A program made the position numbers and the translations under genes. DNA of 64,000 nucleotides, from positions 630,844 through 694,843 of the forward strand of contig OY762063.1 in the NCBI GenBank assembly GCA_963665075.1, given 5' to 3'. Shown piece after piece: positions 38,094 to 48,095 of the stretch. The notes beneath the pieces were generated by a model. It was not told the DNA's origin and ran no database searches. It saw only the letters and a list, made by a program, of their open reading frames with translations. Positions within the stretch are counted from its first letter, which is position 1, and each line of letters begins with the position of its first letter. This DNA is from Dehalococcoidia bacterium (GTDB lineage Bacteria; Chloroflexota; Dehalococcoidia; Lucifugimonadales; GCA-2712585).

Positions 38094-39833
38094 ATGACCG
38101 GACTACCAAGGCCCCATCTCTGGGGAGTCTCTTACCTCCTGGGCGCGCTGGTCGTCCTGACCCTGCTGATTGCGGCCTGCGGCGACGACGCCACGCCCGA
38201 ACCTACTCCCGCCGCGACGCCCGCTCCAACGGCGGCCCCCGCGCCGACGGCTATGCCGACCCCTGCCCCAACGCCCACCGCGGCGCCTGAGCCGCAGCCC
38301 GTCGTCAGCAAAGTCATCGTCGCCATCACTCCGCCATCTCCCCAGAGCACCCTGTTCCACAAGGTCTGGGTTGAAGGAAGCGGCCCCCTCCGCGGCATGT
38401 ACGAAACCCTCATCGGCTTCAACCGCTACACCCGCGAATACGAGCCCACCCGTCTCGCCACCGATTGGAGCATGTCCCCCGACGGCACAAAGTGGACCTA
38501 CAAGCTCCGCGAAGGCATCCCCTTCCACAACGGCGCGGAATTTACCGCCCAGGACGTGGTCTTCACCTGGGAGCAGTACGCGAACAGCATGCTCTCCGGC
38601 TCCGCCCTGATGATGGAAGTCATCGACGGCGAAGACAGCTTCACCATTCCCAATCCCTACGAAATCACCTGGAATCTCAACAGGCCGGAAGCCACCATCG
38701 GCATCTGGACCTCCGACATGTTCCAGTGGCTCAACTACAGCAAGGATCATTGGGACGCCGTCGGCGGCGAGGAAGGCTACGCCGCAGACCCCATCGGCAC
38801 CGGCCCCTTCAAGTTCGTCAGCTTCGGCGAAAACAGCCACATCGCCTTCGAGCGCGTCGATGACCACTGGCGCCAAACCCCCCAGATGGACGAAATCGAG
38901 TTCCGATACGTGAAGGAAGACGCCACCCGCGTGGCCATGCTCCTGGCCGGAGAGGCCCACGTGTCCGACATCCCCAGGAACCTGATTCCCCAGGTCACCC
39001 AGGAAGGCTACTCCGAGGTCTACAGCACCGTGCCCGGCTTCATTGTCTTCCTGATGTTCGGTGGGCAATACTACTACCAGCCGCCCGGCTGGGAGGACAA
39101 GTTCGATCCCACTTCCCCTTTAACGAATACCGACGTTCGCAAGGCTCTGAGCCTGGCCATCGACCGGGATGAGATAAACCGGGTCTTCTTCGACAATAAG
39201 GCCGACTACGCCACCGCCTTCAAAATCCATCCCACCGACGCCGCCTACAACGACCGTTGGGCCGTGGACCCCTTCGACCCCAATCAGGCCAAGCAGCTGC
39301 TGGCCGACGCCGGCTACCCCAACGGCTTCGAAGTTGAGTTCGTAGCCAGCAAGAAGCCCGGCCTCTCCGAAGGCCCGGAAATCTCCGAGACCATCTCCCA
39401 GTACTGGAGAGACATTGGCGTCACCGTTGAACTCAAGGAAATCGAGTACGCGGAGATGCTCAGCATGGGCCGCGCGTGGGAGCTTCAGAGGCACGCCAGG
39501 TTGGAGATGCACGGCTTCTTCTCCTACGAAATGTCTCTGACCAACAACCTCAAGGTCACCGCCACGGAAGACAGGGCCAGAGGCGGCATGTTCGCCCACG
39601 AGGTGACCGATGGCCTGGTACGGGAGATAGAACTCACCGTGGACCCGGCCGAGCGTCTGCAAAAGTTCCAGCAGTTGGGCGACTTCCTCTACGACCAGCG
39701 CGCAATCCTCCCCCTCTACTGGGTGCTGCCCGTCGCCGCCTACGACGATGGTATAATCGCCAAGTACGAGTCGGACTTCTCCAACCAGGGGCCGACCCGT
39801 CATTGGGAGTACGCCGAGCTCGTAATGAAATAG
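38094..39833 (+). CDS. ABC transporter substrate-binding lipoprotein, family 5, with Pro/Ala/Thr linker
   Basis: Lipobox LIAACGDD and a PTPAATPAPTAAPAPTAMPTPAPTPTAAPEP linker, followed by an SBP_bac_5-like body (FERVDDHWRQTPQM). Confidence 0.8.
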   Translation: MTGLPRPHLWGVSYLLGALVVLTLLIAACGDDATPEPTPAATPAPTAAPAPTAMPTPAPTPTAAPEPQPVVSKVIVAITPPSPQSTLFHKVWVEGSGPLRGMYETLIGFNRYTREYEPTRLATDWSMSPDGTKWTYKLREGIPFHNGAEFTAQDVVFTWEQYANSMLSGSALMMEVIDGEDSFTIPNPYEITWNLNRPEATIGIWTSDMFQWLNYSKDHWDAVGGEEGYAADPIGTGPFKFVSFGENSHIAFERVDDHWRQTPQMDEIEFRYVKEDATRVAMLLAGEAHVSDIPRNLIPQVTQEGYSEVYSTVPGFIVFLMFGGQYYYQPPGWEDKFDPTSPLTNTDVRKALSLAIDRDEINRVFFDNKADYATAFKIHPTDAAYNDRWAVDPFDPNQAKQLLADAGYPNGFEVEFVASKKPGLSEGPEISETISQYWRDIGVTVELKEIEYAEMLSMGRAWELQRHARLEMHGFFSYEMSLTNNLKVTATEDRARGGMFAHEVTDGLVREIELTVDPAERLQKFQQLGDFLYDQRAILPLYWVLPVAAYDDGIIAKYESDFSNQGPTRHWEYAELVMK

Positions 39834-39865
39834 TCACCGATTCCAAGAAGCAAGGAGACATCGAG

Positions 39866-41011
39866 ATGCACAACGGCTATAAGATCATCGACGCTGACGC
39901 TCACTTCTACGAGCCGCCCGACATCTGGGACAAGTACATGGTCGGCGAGGATTGCTACGACCTCCGCCCCCGCGTAGCCCAGGTCCACGGCAGGGCCATC
40001 CTCCAGTACACCGACGGCCAGATCGCCGTCGGCGGCAACCGCGAACTCAGCTCCAGAATCCTCACCGAGAAGTTCGCCAACGGCTACGAAAACTGGTGGA
40101 GCGCCGAAAGCCGCCTCCGCGACATGGACGAGCAGGGCTGGGACATCCAGGTCATGCTCGCCACCAACGCCGCCGTCTCCGCCGCCTACAACCGCGAACC
40201 CCACGTCTACGCCGCCATGTGCCGCGCCTACAACACCTGGGCCAACGAGTATTGCTCCGCCGCCCCGGACCGCCTCAAGTTCTGCGCCCAGGTCCCAGGC
40301 GAGCTCCTCGACGAAATGGTCGTCGAGATGCGCCGCGCCGTCGCGGAGAAGGGCGCTGTATCCATCTTCCTGCCCCAGGCTCTCGATGACAAGATGTGGC
40401 ACCACCCCGTCTACGACCCCGTCTGGCAAACCGCCTCCGACCTGGAAGTCCCCCTCGCCATCCACGGCATGGACAGCGCCACCGGCAAGCCCCTCCTCGG
40501 CGAACGCTACAACGGCGTCGAAGGCGGCGCCCGCTCCGTCGGCACCCTCACCGTCTTTCCCTTCGAGAACATGCTCGCCCTCGCCCACTTCATGCTCGGC
40601 GGCATCCTCGACCGCTACCCCAACCTCAGGCTCCTCGTCCTGGAATCCAACTCCGGCTGGCTCCCCTTCTTCCTCAATCGCCTGGAGAACGCCACCGAAG
40701 GCCGACAGGGCATGGCTTTCTTCGACAACCCCCTCGACGCCTCCCCCACCGAATACTTCCTGCGCCAGTGCGCCATAGCCGCCGACGCCGACGAGAACAC
40801 CATCAAGTACGTCGTGGACTACGTCGGAAACGACAACATCGTCTTCAACACGGACTACCCCCACGCCGACGCGCCCGCGCCCCACGAACCCGTGGCCGAC
40901 ATGATGGCTCAACCCCTCTCCGACGAGAGCAAGGAGAAGATCCTCTGGGACAACTCCGTCAAGATATACGGCGAGCGGCTCGTCGCCGGCCACCCCCTCG
41001 CCGCCTCCTGA
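39866..41011 (+). CDS. Amidohydrolase-2 family metal-dependent hydrolase/decarboxylase (ACMSD-like)
   Basis: AAGGAGA-ATG; MHNGYKIIDADAHFYEP...; C-terminal NIVFNTDYPHAD. These are typical Amidohydro_2 blocks. Confidence 0.75.
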   Translation: MHNGYKIIDADAHFYEPPDIWDKYMVGEDCYDLRPRVAQVHGRAILQYTDGQIAVGGNRELSSRILTEKFANGYENWWSAESRLRDMDEQGWDIQVMLATNAAVSAAYNREPHVYAAMCRAYNTWANEYCSAAPDRLKFCAQVPGELLDEMVVEMRRAVAEKGAVSIFLPQALDDKMWHHPVYDPVWQTASDLEVPLAIHGMDSATGKPLLGERYNGVEGGARSVGTLTVFPFENMLALAHFMLGGILDRYPNLRLLVLESNSGWLPFFLNRLENATEGRQGMAFFDNPLDASPTEYFLRQCAIAADADENTIKYVVDYVGNDNIVFNTDYPHADAPAPHEPVADMMAQPLSDESKEKILWDNSVKIYGERLVAGHPLAAS

Positions 41012-41251
41012 TAGACAAAACCCACCCCCCTCTTATCCCTTCCCCCTTGATGGATACCTTTGCACAACCCTCCCAAGGGCGTAGATTAGCCTCTTTCCTC
41101 ATTGACGGGGGAAGATTGAGCCAGTCCTGGGCCTGTTTAAGGGATGGCGGCGAAGTCCCCCGCTCACCCTGATCCCGTCCTGAGCCTGTCCTAAGCTCGT
41201 CGAAGGGTCGAGCGTCCCATCTTGCTCCCGCGAAAGCGGGAGCCCATCCCC

Positions 41252-41800
41252 CTAAAGCCTTACCTCAAACGTAACCCCATGCCTGTGCTCAAAATCCACA
41301 ATCCGGTTCAACTTCCAACCGCCCCTCCCATCGATGGGGTCGGACATGCTCCCATGCTCCCGAAGATCCCGGCTGGTCTCCTCGTCCGTGATAATCACCA
41401 TCTTCGACCCCGGCTCGTACAACGGCAGCCGGTCCGAGTGCCACGTCCCCTTGTGCAGCATATACCCCACCGTCCCGTCAATCAGAAAAGCCCGCACCTC
41501 CTCCGGCTTCGGTATCGCGTCCGGGTCATCCTGCCCCGTGGGCGCCGCAACGGCCACCACCGCGGGCGCCCCCGTTATCGGTATGAACGCCTGGGTTACG
41601 TGAAAATGCTGCTCCATCCCCGTCAGCCTCAACCCCTTGTATGGTAAAAGCGCCGTCCCGATCCGCACCGTCCCACCCTCAAATCCCGCGGGAGACGAGG
41701 CCGCCTGCCCCCCAACCGTCTCCTCTGCGTCCAGAATCTCTCCGAAAGGCCGGAAAGCCTCCCTGCTCAACGGCTCCGCCTGAATCAAATAGACTGTCAT
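41252..41800 (-). CDS. Ureidoglycolate lyase-like (AllA-family cupin) protein
   Basis: N-terminus AEPLSREAFRPFGEILD and later GTWH resemble the ureidoglycolate lyase family. Confidence 0.55.
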   Translation of the reverse strand: MTVYLIQAEPLSREAFRPFGEILDAEETVGGQAASSPAGFEGGTVRIGTALLPYKGLRLTGMEQHFHVTQAFIPITGAPAVVAVAAPTGQDDPDAIPKPEEVRAFLIDGTVGYMLHKGTWHSDRLPLYEPGSKMVIITDEETSRDLREHGSMSDPIDGRGGWKLNRIVDFEHRHGVTFEVRL

Positions 41801-41845
41801 TCTTCTCTATCCCCTTTCCAGTGTCAGCTATGAATCATTGAAACC

Positions 41846-42949
41846 CTACCCCACGCTTACCCGCCGCCCTGCCTCCGACGAGCGCACAATGGCATCCAGC
41901 AGCCGGTGATTCGCGACCGCGTCTTCGAAGTTGGGATGAACGGTTCCGCCGTTCCTGATAGCCTCGGCGAACCGACGGAACATCTGGGCCGTGTTGAAAG
42001 GTTCAACCTTAGACAACGCCGCGGGCGCCCAGCTATGCCGGTCGGGAATCTCCAGGGGAGCCAACGCGGATTCGCTGTCCTTCGCCCCTTCCAGCCGGAT
42101 GGTTGAGGCGAGTTGAGGCAGCGTGTCCGCGGATGCCACAAGCGTCCCCTTCGTGCCATAGACCTCCAGCGTCCAGCCCGTTCCGTGCCACATTCCCCTC
42201 TGGACGTGGGCGGAAACCGCCGCTCCGTTGGCAAGCGTTCCCGCAACCAGCACGGTGTCCGGCGCCGTGACCTCAAGCGCCTCGCCGGTTCCTTCCACCC
42301 TTCTCGTCGTCAACTGCGTCGAAACCTGCGCCGACAGATGAGAGAACTCGCCGACGCAGTGGGTGATGACGTCCAGGGTATGTCCTCCCGGAATCGAAAG
42401 CACGTGAGCGCCAAGATTGCCGTCTACCTCCCATGCCAGCCGTGGATGAACGTCGGGAGTGGTGGACACGCAGGCTTCCATCCTCACGCTCAACACCTCC
42501 CCCACGTAACCTTCCGCTATCAACTCCTTCAGGCGAAGCAGCGCCGGGTTGTTGCGAAGCTGCAACCCCACCATGTGAACAACGCCCTTCTCGCGCGCCT
42601 TTCCAGCCATCTCTTCCGCCTCCGCGACCGTCACCCCCAAAGGCCACTCGCAATACACGTGCTTCCCCGCCTCCAACGCCGCCATCACCATCTCGTGATG
42701 CAACGGCACGCGAACGCACACCGATACCGCCTCCACTTCGGGATGGGCAACCATCTCCCCGTAGTCGTGGAACGCCATCGGAACGTCGAAGTGTTGCGCC
42801 GCTTCCTTTGCGGTCTCCCCTCTGCTGGTGCACACCGCCGCAACCCGATACTCCGGCAGATTCGTGAGGGCGGGCAGATGCACGTTTCCGCCCCATCCCA
42901 AATGAATGTTGGCGCCGATTACGCCCATGTTTATCTTCCTGTCGTCCAT
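41846..42949 (-). CDS. Gfo/Idh/MocA-family NAD(P)-dependent oxidoreductase
   Basis: AGGAGGG-ATG at 42949. INMGVIGAN Rossmann start and the EWPL motif (VYCEWPLG). Confidence 0.75.
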   Translation of the reverse strand: MDDRKINMGVIGANIHLGWGGNVHLPALTNLPEYRVAAVCTSRGETAKEAAQHFDVPMAFHDYGEMVAHPEVEAVSVCVRVPLHHEMVMAALEAGKHVYCEWPLGVTVAEAEEMAGKAREKGVVHMVGLQLRNNPALLRLKELIAEGYVGEVLSVRMEACVSTTPDVHPRLAWEVDGNLGAHVLSIPGGHTLDVITHCVGEFSHLSAQVSTQLTTRRVEGTGEALEVTAPDTVLVAGTLANGAAVSAHVQRGMWHGTGWTLEVYGTKGTLVASADTLPQLASTIRLEGAKDSESALAPLEIPDRHSWAPAALSKVEPFNTAQMFRRFAEAIRNGGTVHPNFEDAVANHRLLDAIVRSSEAGRRVSVG

Positions 42950-43109
42950 AATTCCCTCCTGGACAAGGCCGCTCTGTGCTGTCACGTCGATTATAGGCGA
43001 TATTCCCGCCGAACGAACACTGCAACTGGGTTGCCGCCGTCTGCCTTGACTCTATTTCGTATCCAAGCCTAGAATCAACGCAGATTGCCGGGCATTGACG
43101 AGGGAAGAA

Positions 43110-44291
43110 ATGAACTTGCTGATACGAAACGTGCGACTCATAGACGGAACCGGCGCGGATGCTGTTCCAAAGATTAACGTGGTTGTGGAAAACGGCCGCG
43201 TCAGCTGGATTGGCGAGGGTGACGTTTCGCCTTCCAACCACCCCCATTACGAGGACATCAACGCCGAAGACCTTACCCTCGTCCCGGGAACTTTCGATTG
43301 TCACGAGCACTTCGCAGGCGACGGCGGGCGGCACGGCGTCCGAGCAATGAATACCGACCCGCCGGAATTGCTGCTGGCGAAGGCGGCGGGCAACGCCCAT
43401 CGCGCCCTTATGACCGGCCAGACGTCGGCCAGGGACGTGGGTTCTCCCCGCGGCATCAGCATAACCCTGGCCCGGGCCGTCGCCGCCGGCGCGCTCCCCG
43501 GCCCGCGCATCGTCGCCTCCGGCGAGTGGCTCCAGTACCCGACGACCTGGGGGCAGTCCAAGATTGAGACGGTCAACACGCCGGAAGATATGCGCCGCGC
43601 CATCCAGGCGAGAATCGCCCAGGGCGCGGGGGTTATCAAGATTGGCGCGACCGGGGGCGACCCGCAGGGGGGCGGCTACGGGACGATGGGCGCGGAAGTG
43701 GCGCAGATGGTCATGGATTTCGTCCACGGAAAGGGACTGAAAGTTGCCGCCCACTGCACCGGCTTCCACGGCACGCGGGAGGTTGTCGAAGCGGGCATCG
43801 ACTCCGTCGAGCACGGCACCCACATAGACGAGGAGACGGCGCGTCTAATGGCGGAGAAGGGCACGATACTGGTGCCGACCCTATCGTGGAGGGACTATCT
43901 GTTCAGAGCGTCGAAGCGATGGGGTATGGCAAAGAAACAGATCGACGCGTCCGAGGCCGTCCGGGAGCATCACCGGGCCAGCTATCAGCGTTGCATCGCC
44001 GCCGGAGTGAAAATTGCCGCCGGCACCGACGCGGGCGGCGGCGACCCCATGCGCCACGGCAACATCGTCCGCGAGCTTGAAGTCATGGTAGATTGGGGAC
44101 TGAGCCCGATGGAAGCGTTGAAGGCCGCCACCTCAACGGCGGCGGAACTGGTCGGCACTTCCGACGACGTGGGCGCCATCGAGGTTGGCAAACTCGCCGA
44201 CTTCGCCCTCATCGACGGCGATCCCCTTTCCGACATCGGCGATATGCGAAACGTCTGGGCCGTATACCAGGGTGGCAGGCAAGTCCGTTAG
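43110..44291 (+). CDS. Amidohydrolase-family metal-dependent hydrolase (imidazolonepropionase/prolidase-like)
   Basis: MNLLIRNVRLIDGTG..., FDCHEHF metal motif, AHC..., GTDAGG, C-terminal ADFALIDGDPL. Confidence 0.75.
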   Translation: MNLLIRNVRLIDGTGADAVPKINVVVENGRVSWIGEGDVSPSNHPHYEDINAEDLTLVPGTFDCHEHFAGDGGRHGVRAMNTDPPELLLAKAAGNAHRALMTGQTSARDVGSPRGISITLARAVAAGALPGPRIVASGEWLQYPTTWGQSKIETVNTPEDMRRAIQARIAQGAGVIKIGATGGDPQGGGYGTMGAEVAQMVMDFVHGKGLKVAAHCTGFHGTREVVEAGIDSVEHGTHIDEETARLMAEKGTILVPTLSWRDYLFRASKRWGMAKKQIDASEAVREHHRASYQRCIAAGVKIAAGTDAGGGDPMRHGNIVRELEVMVDWGLSPMEALKAATSTAAELVGTSDDVGAIEVGKLADFALIDGDPLSDIGDMRNVWAVYQGGRQVR

Positions 44292-44294
44292 GAC

Positions 44295-45239
44295 CTACTC
44301 CACAGGCAGCTGGCCGAACCCCGCCTGCGCCCGCGCCTGGTCCACTATGTCCAGCCCCACCATCTCGCTCCAGGCCGCCAGCAGACGCTTAACCACCGGC
44401 CCCGGCATCTCCTCCCCGATCGGGCGCCAGTCGATCCGCGAAATCGGCAGCATCGAATGGCTCGTCCCCGTCATAAACGCCTCGTCCGCCGTATAAGCGT
44501 CGAAGGGCTGAATATCCTCCTCCACGCATGGTATGTCCAAGTCTTTCGCGAGCCTTATCACCGTGTCGCGGGAGATGCCTTGGAGGATGCTCGTGTCCGT
44601 CGGCGTCTTGATAACCCCGTCCGTGACAATGAAGAAGTTGGAGCCCGTTCCCTCGGAGATGTTCCCGTAGTAGTCCAGCAACAGAGGCCACGCCTCCGGG
44701 TCCATCTCCACCACGTCCAGCATCGCCATCGTCAAGTTCAGCCGGCTGCGATGCTTCGCCTTGTTGTCCACGGCGTCCGGGTGATAGTTCCGCGTCTTGG
44801 GGATGATGGCGTGGATCCCTTCCTCGTGCAGATGCGCGTACCGCTTGAACGGCGGCGCGTACACGTTTATGAACACCGTCGGCGGCACGTCGTCGATGAC
44901 CGATGTGATGCGCCCCGTCGTGTTCCCCAACGCCACCCCCCTGGTGATGGTCTGCGCCACGGACCAGTCCCCGTTTCCCCGCAGATGCTCGTTACGCCTC
45001 ATCACCTCCAGCGTAATCTCCGCCATCTCCTCCTTCGTCATGCGAGGGTCTATTCGCACGTACTTCAGCGACCGATAGAGACGGTCCAGATGCGCCTCCA
45101 ACCTGAAAATCTTTCCGTTGAAGGTCCGCTCCACGTCGTAGACCGAGTCGCCGCCAAACCCCCTGTCGCTGATTGAAACCATGCACTGGCTGACGGGCAT
45201 AAACTCCCCGTTCAGATAAGCAATCAATTCCTGAGCCAT
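44295..45239 (-). CDS. Class IV aminotransferase (branched-chain/D-amino-acid aminotransferase family)
   Basis: FGGDSVYDVERTFNGKIFRLEAHLDRL and ...EGTGSNFFIV...GISR are typical fold-type IV blocks. Confidence 0.75.
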   Translation of the reverse strand: MAQELIAYLNGEFMPVSQCMVSISDRGFGGDSVYDVERTFNGKIFRLEAHLDRLYRSLKYVRIDPRMTKEEMAEITLEVMRRNEHLRGNGDWSVAQTITRGVALGNTTGRITSVIDDVPPTVFINVYAPPFKRYAHLHEEGIHAIIPKTRNYHPDAVDNKAKHRSRLNLTMAMLDVVEMDPEAWPLLLDYYGNISEGTGSNFFIVTDGVIKTPTDTSILQGISRDTVIRLAKDLDIPCVEEDIQPFDAYTADEAFMTGTSHSMLPISRIDWRPIGEEMPGPVVKRLLAAWSEMVGLDIVDQARAQAGFGQLPVE

Positions 45240-45307
45240 CTCACAACCTCCTCTTTCCGCTTATGTCAAGGATTATACTGAAACGAACTCGTAAGGGAAA
45301 GCTCCCC

Positions 45308-47206
45308 CTACTCCTTCCCCTCCTTGTCCCCCTCTTCCACCTCTTCCGCCTCCTCATCTTCCGGGCCGAGTATGTCCGTGATGGCCTGCTCCAGGATCCA
45401 CTGAATCCTGAAGCTGAACAGCCCCACAATCAGCGCCGGCGACAACAGCAGCAGCAGCGACAACGGAATCGACAGCGTGTCCAGTGTGAACAGCCGGATA
45501 ACCAGCGGCAGCGTCAGCAGGAACAGCAGCGCCAGCAACACCGTCGCCATCCCGTACTCGACCATCGTCCTGAAAGTCCGCGACTGCTCCCCGCTTCCGC
45601 CGCCGGATTCCGCGCTTTTCGGGTCACTCGAAGCAAGCAGGGAAATCGTCCCCAACGAACGCCAGATTACCACGGCGGACGGAATGCTCAGACCAATCAC
45701 CACCCCGACTATCAGCATTCCGGCAACCCCCGTCGGCACCGACAGCAGGTCGCTCACAACATCCGGCGCCAGGTAAAGCACGCTTGTGCCCGCGACGCTG
45801 AGGAACCCCATCACTGCCACGTTGATGAAGATAGTCCGCCGCACGCTTCGGAACCGTTGGCTCCTGGTGCCGTTCAGCGTGAGCGCCGACCAGAAAGCGT
45901 CCATGCCCAACTGCACCGAGAGCACAATCCAGGTTAGCGGCTCCGGCGTGAATCTATCCACCCACTCCGCCACCTTCGACGCGCTCCTGCTGGTTATGGG
46001 CGCCAGCACCGAAGTGATTGCCGTCACAATCGAAAGCACGGCCCCCAGCGGCGAGAATCCCGCCACGTCTCCCGGTCCCAGCCGCCCTATGGCCAGCGAG
46101 AACTCCCCCATCTGCGGCATCGTCATCCCCACCTGCAGGGCTTCGCTGAATCTTCGCCCCGCCAGTATCGACCCGATTGTGTTCGCGGCGATTTTCCCCA
46201 GCATGAACACCGCCACTACTATCAGCGCGGTCACGATGTAATCGTCCAACGTGCGGTAGTCGATGAGCATTCCGATGGACAGGAAGAACAGCGCTCCGAA
46301 CATATCCCGCACCGGCGCAATCATCCGCGTAACCCGCTCGGACGCCTCCGTGTCGCCGATGATGACTCCCACCAGGAAGGCTCCGGCGGCGGGCGAAAGT
46401 CCAAGCAGCGTGGCGCACAGGGCCAGAAGGAAGCAGGAGCCGAGGCTCCAAAGCAGCAGCGTCTCGTCCGACCGCAATCGAGCCAACGCGCGCATCAGCC
46501 TGTCGCCCAGCATGGCCCCGACCACCAGCCCCACGACGCAGAAGATCACGAGTTTTCCGGCCAGCAGCCCTGCGTCGGCGAGACTCGCCGTTCCCGTCGT
46601 CGCCAGCCCGGCGAGCACCGTAAGGAAGATGACGGCGGCAAAGTCTTCGACCAGAAGAATGCCGACAATCGTCTGTCCCCAGCTCGCGTTGAGGTTCCCC
46701 CCGTCGCGCAGGCTCTTCAACAGAATCGCCGAGCTGCTGATTGCAATGGCCGCGCCCAGATAGAGCGCGTGACCCTGGTCCAGCCCGGGCAGGAAACCTA
46801 CTATCCACACTCCGAACAGCGTCATTACGCTGATTTCGACGATGCCGATGACCAGAACGCGGGGGCCGATGTTGCGAATCCGCTTCCACCCCAACTCCAG
46901 CCCGATGCTGAACAGCAGCAATATCAACCCAAGTTCCGCCAGCAGCCCGATGGTGTCCAGATTGCTGATGAGCGGCGTGGGCAGCGTGAACGGCCCCATC
47001 AGCATCCCCGCCAGCAGATAGCCCAGCACCGGCGGCTGCCAGATAAGACGTGCCAGAATCAGTCCGGCGGCGGCGACCACCATCGCCACCGCGAAGTCTT
47101 TCAGCAGCGTAGCGGTGCCCTCGGAAATGCCCGCGGGCAATATCGTAAGCAAGGTTTCGATGGCGCACCTTCTGAGAAGCGCGTGAACGGCGAGCGCAAG
47201 CGACAA
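45308..47206 (-). CDS. Cation:proton antiporter (CPA2/Kef-like) with extra C-terminal membrane domain
   Basis: ~12 TM segments with LAELGLILLLFSIGLEL and GAFLVGVIIG motifs of Na+/H+-exchanger family proteins. Confidence 0.7.
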   Translation of the reverse strand: MSLALAVHALLRRCAIETLLTILPAGISEGTATLLKDFAVAMVVAAAGLILARLIWQPPVLGYLLAGMLMGPFTLPTPLISNLDTIGLLAELGLILLLFSIGLELGWKRIRNIGPRVLVIGIVEISVMTLFGVWIVGFLPGLDQGHALYLGAAIAISSSAILLKSLRDGGNLNASWGQTIVGILLVEDFAAVIFLTVLAGLATTGTASLADAGLLAGKLVIFCVVGLVVGAMLGDRLMRALARLRSDETLLLWSLGSCFLLALCATLLGLSPAAGAFLVGVIIGDTEASERVTRMIAPVRDMFGALFFLSIGMLIDYRTLDDYIVTALIVVAVFMLGKIAANTIGSILAGRRFSEALQVGMTMPQMGEFSLAIGRLGPGDVAGFSPLGAVLSIVTAITSVLAPITSRSASKVAEWVDRFTPEPLTWIVLSVQLGMDAFWSALTLNGTRSQRFRSVRRTIFINVAVMGFLSVAGTSVLYLAPDVVSDLLSVPTGVAGMLIVGVVIGLSIPSAVVIWRSLGTISLLASSDPKSAESGGGSGEQSRTFRTMVEYGMATVLLALLFLLTLPLVIRLFTLDTLSIPLSLLLLLSPALIVGLFSFRIQWILEQAITDILGPEDEEAEEVEEGDKEGKE

Positions 47207-47452
47207 TCACCGCCCCGTCCACGCGGCCCTACCTGCGTTGGCCGATTCAGCCAAGCCAATCGGTATATTTTCTCACCCCGCGCGGCCTTGCGACTACAAA
47301 TCCACGCCTCTACTTCGGGGGCAAACGACGGGGACATTCCATAATCAAACAATCCCGCCCGACGAACATCGCTGCAACGCTTCTCAAAGCTGAGAGACGG
47401 CCCCGTCGCCCAGCCGTTCACGCCCCAGGGACAACCGGGGTGACTCAGATAT

Positions 47453-48028
<576 letters not shown>

Positions 48029-48095
48029 TCAACTATGCCGTACAATGGGCGTTGCCCGCAAGTTCCGCCCCGCGTCGGCAGTCAAGGAGACGATT

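Noticed and set aside
39476-39865. 130-codon N-terminal extension of the amidohydrolase-2 ORF
   Set aside because: It overlaps the 3' end of the SBP gene in another frame. A strong AAGGAGA-ATG at 39866 begins the family-typical MHNGYKIIDADAHFYEP.
42273-43823. 516-aa minus-strand ORF. The same call applies to the large ORFs 5486..7048, 10784..12001, 39800..40993, 45954..47222, 57704..59503, 17596..18612 and 15453..16409.
   Set aside because: All lie antisense to, or out of frame with, genes that have clear family motifs. All have the Arg/Gly/Ala/Pro-rich composition expected from stop-poor alternative frames of ~65% GC DNA, and none has a convincing RBS.
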